NCBI GenBank assembly: GCA_031414595.1
Contig: JANNVX010000088.1
Location: 1-64,000, forward strand
Direction: 5' to 3'
From: Deinococcales bacterium
Lineage (GTDB): Bacteria; Deinococcota; Deinococci; Deinococcales; JAAFIG01
Length of the DNA: 64,000 nucleotides
The translations under genes were made by a program, and so were the position numbers. Below, piece after piece: positions 59,604-64,000 of this stretch. The notes under the pieces are model-generated. The model was not told the origin of the DNA. It worked only from the letters and a program-made list of their open reading frames with translations, and searched no databases. Position 1 is the first letter of the stretch. The number at the start of each line of letters is the position of its first letter.

Positions 59604-59637
59604 AAAAGCTCCTCGGGCGCGAACTCGAGGAGCTTTT
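59604..59637. terminator. Bidirectional intrinsic terminator
   Basis: AAAAGCTCCTCG-N10-CGAGGAGCTTTT between convergent units. Confidence 0.8.
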
Positions 59638-59652
59638 GGTATTTATAAGAGA

Positions 59653-59820
59653 CTAAACTGGTTGCTCTTGTTCTTCTAAATCAGATTCATTCCAAGCAGG
59701 GTCATCCAAGTAGTTTGCACCAAGTTGCAACACTGGTATCGTGGTGTAGCTGTCATTACGTGGTGATTCTAAGTCTGGCACACCGCGTTCGAGTTGTGGA
59801 ATGTAACCTTTGAGTATCAT
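59653..59820 (-). CDS. Small acidic hypothetical protein
   Basis: MILKGYIPQLE…DLEEQEQPV; start uncertain. Confidence 0.4.
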   Translation of the reverse strand: MILKGYIPQLERGVPDLESPRNDSYTTIPVLQLGANYLDDPAWNESDLEEQEQPV

Positions 59821-59849
59821 TTTGCCACCATCCAAGAATTCTGACTTAC

Positions 59850-60053
59850 CTAAGACTCCAATGGCAAACGCACATTTTGGGCTATCCATTCGGGCGGCGC
59901 AAACTTGATAAAGCCCTCGACAAAACGCCCTGCGTTGGCTTCGTTTATGGCGCGGGTCAGCATGGTGTCAAAGGCAGCAACGTCAAGTAAACCATCGGCT
60001 TTTAACTGCCGTGTTTCCTGCTGTAGCTCCTTCATTTTTTCCCAATTAACCAT
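59850..60053 (-). CDS. Small hypothetical protein
   Basis: MVNWEKMKELQQE…; GAGGGTG upstream. Confidence 0.5.
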   Translation of the reverse strand: MVNWEKMKELQQETRQLKADGLLDVAAFDTMLTRAINEANAGRFVEGFIKFAPPEWIAQNVRLPLES

Positions 60054-60082
60054 AAGCACCCTCGAGTAATTTTAGCACTTCG

Positions 60083-60119
60083 ACGATTAAAGTATATCTC
60101 ACTGCTATACTTTAATCGT
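60083..60119. repeat. Perfect 14-bp inverted repeat with 9-bp spacer
   Basis: ACGATTAAAGTATA-TCTCACTGC-TATACTTTAATCGT. Confidence 0.9.
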
Positions 60120-60204
60120 TTGCCCTAAACACAAGTTAATCGCTACGCTCCATGCTTCGCATAAAAAAACGTGTGTTCCGCTTCGCGGTGAAAAGACTCG
60201 AAAA

Positions 60205-60225
60205 GCTACCAGCACGGGCTGGAGC
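60205..60225. repeat. 21-bp hairpin element, inverted copy at 61572-61592
   Basis: GCTACCAGCACGGGCTGGAGC vs reverse complement GCTATCAGCACGGGCTGGAGC (20/21). Confidence 0.85.
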
Positions 60226-60500
60226 ATCCCTTCAAGGCTGAAGCCAAAGCAGCTCTGGTACTACCCACAAGAGGCTTCTTAGGGGCGAACTCGCACGGAA
60301 TCACACAGCAAAAAGCGGCTGTGTGTTCCTAAGCTCGAGGCAACCCAGTAACCAGCTTAAAAACCAAGTCTCGAGTACAACCAACCCCTAAAGCTGTAAA
60401 AATCTGCTCTCGAGCTAACTGCCCCAACCCTATGCTTTAGCTTATTCTTTAAGCCTTTAGCCCCACCCAAAACACTTCAATAAATGCGTTTTATTGCGTC

Positions 60501-60547
60501 CAGTACGATATAAACTGCTTGACAATTCCACTATAAAATAGTAAACT
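60501..60547 (+). promoter_or_regulatory. Promoter copy 1 (leaderless, DprA-like gene)
   Basis: TTGACA(60519)-N17-TAAACT(60542), ATG 5 nt later; upstream 25 bp are 22/25 identical to 61004-61028. Confidence 0.75.
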
Positions 60548-60552
60548 ATTAT

Positions 60553-60999
60553 ATGTTTAACAGTCTTATTGTTGCTGTTGTCGGAAGCCGTCACGGTTCA
60601 AACTTACCTGTAGCCCAAGTCTGTTATCACCTTCTTGGGCAGCATTGCCAAATCGTTACGGGTTGCGCGGCTGGTGTAGATCATCAAGTGCGCCAAGCCA
60701 TCCCAAACGCCAAGGTTATCAGTGCCATGTCTTTTGTTCGTCGTGGCTTGCCTGTTTCGGCTGCGCTTGCTGCTCGTACCAAAGCAGTTATCTCGAATAG
60801 TCAAGCGGTTTGTATTTTCCCGCCGGCTAATGGCAATCTTGGTCCAGGTTCGTTACTGGCTTTGCAATCAGCACTTAAACAAAACATTCCTGTTTGGGTG
60901 GCTGGTTCTAAACCACCTACTCAACTGGGTTGGCAACCGTTCGTACTTTCGGGTGTTTCAGGTTGGTTCTTTAATTGTGGTTTAAATTCGCTTTTTTAG
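60553..60999 (+). CDS. Minimal DprA/Smf (SLOG superfamily) domain protein
   Basis: VAVVGSR, IVTGCAAGVD, LAART.AVI, GS…..A…..PVW; single domain of 148 aa. Confidence 0.7.
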   Translation: MFNSLIVAVVGSRHGSNLPVAQVCYHLLGQHCQIVTGCAAGVDHQVRQAIPNAKVISAMSFVRRGLPVSAALAARTKAVISNSQAVCIFPPANGNLGPGSLLALQSALKQNIPVWVAGSKPPTQLGWQPFVLSGVSGWFFNCGLNSLF

Positions 61000-61003
61000 T
61001 GTT

Positions 61004-61051
61004 CAGTACAATATAAATTACTTGACAAACACACCTATACTGTGTTACTAT
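61004..61051 (+). promoter_or_regulatory. Promoter copy 2
   Basis: CAGTACAATATAAATTAC-TTGACA … TGTTACTAT (extended -10). Confidence 0.7.
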
Positions 61052-61146
61052 TTAAGTCAGAAAGGAGTTTATAGACCGCCAAAAAAAGAACCCAGTGCGC
61101 TAACACTGGGTAAGCAATCCCCCTAAGCAATAGAAAGGAATACACC

Positions 61147-61356
61147 ATGAACAATAGCATTAACCGCTCACTTTTCGCTCGAGCCAAAACCCTTACTAAC
61201 GGCGAATGGTCAGACCTGTACCGCGCTTACCTTGGTGGCACACCAAACCCAGTCTATACAGACTCCCGCAGTGGCAAAACCAAAGGCTTTAGCCGCGCCG
61301 AGGTTTCCCTGCTCGAACAACGCCTAGGCACACCACGTCAGCAGGTGGGGGCATGA
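61147..61356 (+). CDS. Small hypothetical protein (69 aa)
   Basis: AAAGGA RBS; ends QVGA* with ATGA coupling. Confidence 0.65.
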   Translation: MNNSINRSLFARAKTLTNGEWSDLYRAYLGGTPNPVYTDSRSGKTKGFSRAEVSLLEQRLGTPRQQVGA

Positions 61357-61526
61357 CCGCCCCCTTTTCCCTTCCTGCTTACACGCCCCCAGAAATCTAT
61401 GGGGACGACTGGGAAGAACTCAAAGCATGGAAACTCGAGGACGAATTAGAAATGGAAACCCAAGCACTCGAATTAGCTGCCAGTCCGTTCGGAAATGTTC
61501 CAGATTCAAGTCCTTTACCGTTCTAA
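61353..61526 (+). CDS. Small acidic protein ending in PLPF (57 aa, not in ORF track)
   Basis: MTAPFSLPAYTPPEIYGDDWEELKAWKLEDELEMETQALELAASPFGNVPDSSPLPF; coupled start; hairpin at 61536-61563 follows. Confidence 0.6.
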   Translation: MTAPFSLPAYTPPEIYGDDWEELKAWKLEDELEMETQALELAASPFGNVPDSSPLPF

Positions 61527-61571
61527 AATCGTTCAAGCCCTCGAGTTCTTAAGCTCGAGGGCTAAACACTC

Positions 61572-61592
61572 GCTCCAGCCCGTGCTGATAGC
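61572..61592. repeat. Inverted partner of 60205-60225
   Basis: GCTCCAGCCCGTGCTGATAGC. Confidence 0.85.
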
Positions 61593-61615
61593 AAATATCA
61601 AAGGAGTTTGACCGC

Positions 61616-61909
61616 ATGACAAAAATCACTAAATACCTAACTGTCACACCATTACGCGAAATGAAAGAACACGCCAAAATCATTTGGTTATGGTTAATGG
61701 ACAATCAAAACGTTGCTATCACCATCCGCGACCTTGGCGAACTGCTAAACATGACTCCTTTAACGGTCAGTCGAAGCATCATTGCACTTGAACAAAACAA
61801 ATTACTGACTCGAATCTCCATCAAAGGGATACGCGGTCAATCGTTTTCGTACCAAGCAACAATTCCAAGTACCGTACCGCTCGAGCCAAAAAAAAGGCAT
61901 AAATCCTGA
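61616..61909 (+). CDS. Winged-helix DNA-binding protein
   Basis: AK..WL.L……TIRDLGELLNMTPLTVSRSIIALE..KLL.R; AAGGAG RBS. Confidence 0.75.
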   Translation: MTKITKYLTVTPLREMKEHAKIIWLWLMDNQNVAITIRDLGELLNMTPLTVSRSIIALEQNKLLTRISIKGIRGQSFSYQATIPSTVPLEPKKRHKS

Positions 61910-61923
61910 TCAGGATTTATGCC
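61896..61923 (-). terminator. Perfect 28-bp palindrome, probable terminator of the minus-strand late genes
   Basis: GGCATAAATCCTGATCAGGATTTATGCC preceded by an A-run (U-tract on the minus strand). Confidence 0.6.
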
Positions 61924-61940
61924 AAAAACCAATGGGTTAA

Positions 61941-62285
61941 TTACAGTTTTTGCTCAGGTTCTAAATCATCTGCTTTACGCGGTGCAGTACCACCGGGTAA
62001 CAACTCATCACCATTGGGAAGGCTTGGCAAACCAATCCGCGCTCGAGCTTCGTTTAAGGTCAACAAACCATACTGCACATGATATGCCCGCAGTCCAATA
62101 CTATCTTCAATACCAAGAGATTTAAGTTTGAACTGAACTAACAAAGGGGCAATGTCAATGTTTAAGTCAGTTAATTTTGTCATTGCGTCAGCTAGGACAG
62201 CGTAGGTTTCGGCTTTCTTCTGCACAAGTTCAGCCTGACCCATATCTAACTCGAGTTGCATTTTTAATTCGGACAAAGTGGACAT
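61941..62285 (-). CDS. Small protein carrying a portal-protein C-terminal motif
   Basis: GLLTLNEARARIGLPSLPNGDELL resembles the G..T.NE.R…GLPP..GGD end of HK97-type portals; only 114 aa. Confidence 0.55.
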   Translation of the reverse strand: MSTLSELKMQLELDMGQAELVQKKAETYAVLADAMTKLTDLNIDIAPLLVQFKLKSLGIEDSIGLRAYHVQYGLLTLNEARARIGLPSLPNGDELLPGGTAPRKADDLEPEQKL

Positions 62286-62296
62286 TTCATTTCTCC

Positions 62297-62917
62297 TTAG
62301 CGTTTTGGTCCCTGGCTTGGTTTAGGTGGCGTGTTAGTTGCTTTAGAATCACCAGTGCTTGGTACTGTCGCAGAGGTTAAAGGCTTAATAGAACCATCGG
62401 GATTAAGCCGACTAACAGGAACTCCTAAGCGCTTGGCGGTATCAGCAAGCGTTTCACTACCCGGTGCGGCTACGGTTTTGCCTTTCTCGAGTTTTGGACG
62501 GTTGTTGGTTAGTTTAATGGTGTACCTGATAAAGTTCTTAACCTGATTTGTCCAGTCAAGCTCCACACCTTCGACCACCATGCTCGAGATTTGCCACAAC
62601 CTTAACAATGGATGCTCGACCAGTACAGGTACAACCTTATCACCAGTCCCCGGATTCTTATAGGCTTGACGCAAACGCTGTACAGCTTGTAAATCCTCAG
62701 CACTCGAAATAAGCATTTCAAATTCCATCGTTTCTTCTGACCAGCGTGGATCTGGGTAAATCGCACCATTCTTGCCAGGTATCCCCTCGCGGGTCATCAG
62801 TAATTTTGCCCCGAGGCGAACCCGTTGGATTACACCTGGCATTTTGACCCCAGCTATGATTAAGGTTTCCCAAGTTTTCGGGTCTTCCAATGGTGTAGGT
62901 ACTTCAATTGCCATCAT
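62297..62917 (-). CDS. Putative contractile-tail tube-initiator protein with degenerate LysM
   Basis: L.IAG..MPG, IPG..G, V.HPLL….I pattern; ETLADTAKRLGVPVSRLNP is LysM-like. Confidence 0.55.
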   Translation of the reverse strand: MMAIEVPTPLEDPKTWETLIIAGVKMPGVIQRVRLGAKLLMTREGIPGKNGAIYPDPRWSEETMEFEMLISSAEDLQAVQRLRQAYKNPGTGDKVVPVLVEHPLLRLWQISSMVVEGVELDWTNQVKNFIRYTIKLTNNRPKLEKGKTVAAPGSETLADTAKRLGVPVSRLNPDGSIKPLTSATVPSTGDSKATNTPPKPSQGPKR

Positions 62918-63459
62918 GCACCCCCAGCAGTTTGGAACGGTTCAACACCATTCCAAACAATGCCATTTTGAACCAGAAAATCTAGTTTCATGGTTACTAA
63001 CTTGCTGCTTGTGGACGAACTAAGCGGACGTTTGATAAGACGGCACTCTCGGAGCGTATCCTTAATCACTGGACTAGATACATCAACGGATTTACCATTA
63101 GGTGAACGAATGCTTTGCGGTGCAGAATAAATCACGGTAAACGTAAAGGGCGGATGAAGGATTCCCGCTTGAAAAAACGGTGCAAAAACACGTTCGTAAT
63201 CTTCACGCAGTACCTCGAGACTGGCTTGGGCTTTGTAATTCCCAATGCCAATATCTTTAGGGGCAATTCCAGCCCCATAGGATTCTTCTAAAGCCAGTTC
63301 GTCAGAGTAATCAATACTGGTAAAGGCAATAGCTCGAGCATTCTTTTGTTCTTCGGGTTTCCTTGGGTTAGACCGATGCACGTACAATTCAAGTCGAGTG
63401 AAACTATAGAAAACACGATTAACAAATTCACCACTAAAACTATTTTGAGCTTGTTGCAT
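62914..63459 (-). CDS. Putative contractile tail tube protein
   Basis: SIDYSDEL..E..YG.G..P…G.GNYKA..SLE.LREDY motif seen in myovirus tube proteins; AGGAGG RBS before ATG 63459. Confidence 0.65.
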   Translation of the reverse strand: MQQAQNSFSGEFVNRVFYSFTRLELYVHRSNPRKPEEQKNARAIAFTSIDYSDELALEESYGAGIAPKDIGIGNYKAQASLEVLREDYERVFAPFFQAGILHPPFTFTVIYSAPQSIRSPNGKSVDVSSPVIKDTLRECRLIKRPLSSSTSSKLVTMKLDFLVQNGIVWNGVEPFQTAGGA

Positions 63460-63504
63460 GGTCAATCCTCCTTTTTGTCACCCTTTTGTAGAGGGTCTTT
63501 GGGT

Positions 63505-63795
63505 TTAGTCGTCTTCAAACCTAAGGTCGTCGTCTAGGTCGTCGTCAAGGTCGTCGCCAGCGTCCCCTATCAGTGCTTTGTATTCATCCATAGACAGGTA
63601 CTCAACATCTGGCTTTTGTGCTTTCGCTCTTGGTGGCTTGGGTACTGCCTCGAGTCTCGCGTACATTGCACAGGCTTGGACTACAGCATGGGCTGCTGCG
63701 ATTCGGTCAGATGCGGATTGCTTGGCATCTTCGGCAATAACTCGAGCGCATTCTGTGGCACTAGACAGCGCTTTTAATGCCTGTTCGCGGTTCAT
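63505..63795 (-). CDS. Hypothetical helical protein with acidic DDLD-repeat tail
   Basis: IAED…SASDRIAAA…; tail DDLDDDLDDDL from a 12-nt repeat; start uncertain. Confidence 0.55.
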   Translation of the reverse strand: MNREQALKALSSATECARVIAEDAKQSASDRIAAAHAVVQACAMYARLEAVPKPPRAKAQKPDVEYLSMDEYKALIGDAGDDLDDDLDDDLRFEDD

Positions 63796-64000
63796 TGGTT
63801 TTCGTCTCGAGTGTCTTGCTGTGCGAGTGCTTGCCATAATTGTTAGTGTCTCACCCCCTGTGGTGTCGCATATGGTGTTTTGTTGCCCCTGTTTTGCCGC
63901 TCTTTTGTTGCTCGGTTTTAGTGGGTCATGCTTTCGCCTTGCCTTTGATGTACTCGAGGTATGAATGCTCGAGTACATCATTTGAATAATTGCTTAGGTA

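Larger units (their letters stand above)
55810..64000. mobile_element. Prophage or phage-satellite-like element integrated at tRNA-Thr (continues beyond window)
   Basis: Integrase next to the tRNA 3' end, Xre control region, small early ORFs and tail-related genes. Confidence 0.85.

Noticed and set aside
60120-61592. Retron or DGR (inverted repeats around a structured region; A-poor gene)
   Set aside because: No reverse transcriptase and no TR/VR pair differing at adenines is visible in the window.

Overview
Bacterial chromosomal window. It is probably from an uncultured Deinococcota (Deinococcales-like) organism, inferred from gene repertoire and many apparently leaderless genes with TANNNT 5-7 nt upstream of the start; GC looks unusually low for that group. 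Bases 1-55.7 kb are mostly housekeeping: aquaporin, an ABC importer plus PHP hydrolase operon, rsmA, glmM, rbfA, wecB, a sirtuin, two GH13 enzymes, leuC/leuD, tam, prfA, murJ, trxA, and a fabZ-lpxA-lpxB-like-msbA-like cluster. These are interspersed with about nine intact or decayed toxin-antitoxin-like loci, a small repeat-bounded islet, an AT-rich Mrr + HEPN-like pair, GTAG-type REP elements and a MITE. From tRNA-Thr(CGT) at 55735 to the window end lies an integrated phage or satellite-like element: tyrosine integrase, PemK toxin and Xre gene, small early ORFs, a hairpin-rich cassette with a DprA/SLOG-like gene, and a minimal tube / tube-initiator / portal-fragment block. The most unusual signals are (i) strong over-representation of CTCGAG, (ii) a 38-39 bp micro-element inserted precisely into two different REPs, (iii) the inverted-repeat-bounded DprA-like cassette with ssDNA-type hairpins, and (iv) the incomplete structural module. 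All family calls come from motif recognition by eye, not database searches.
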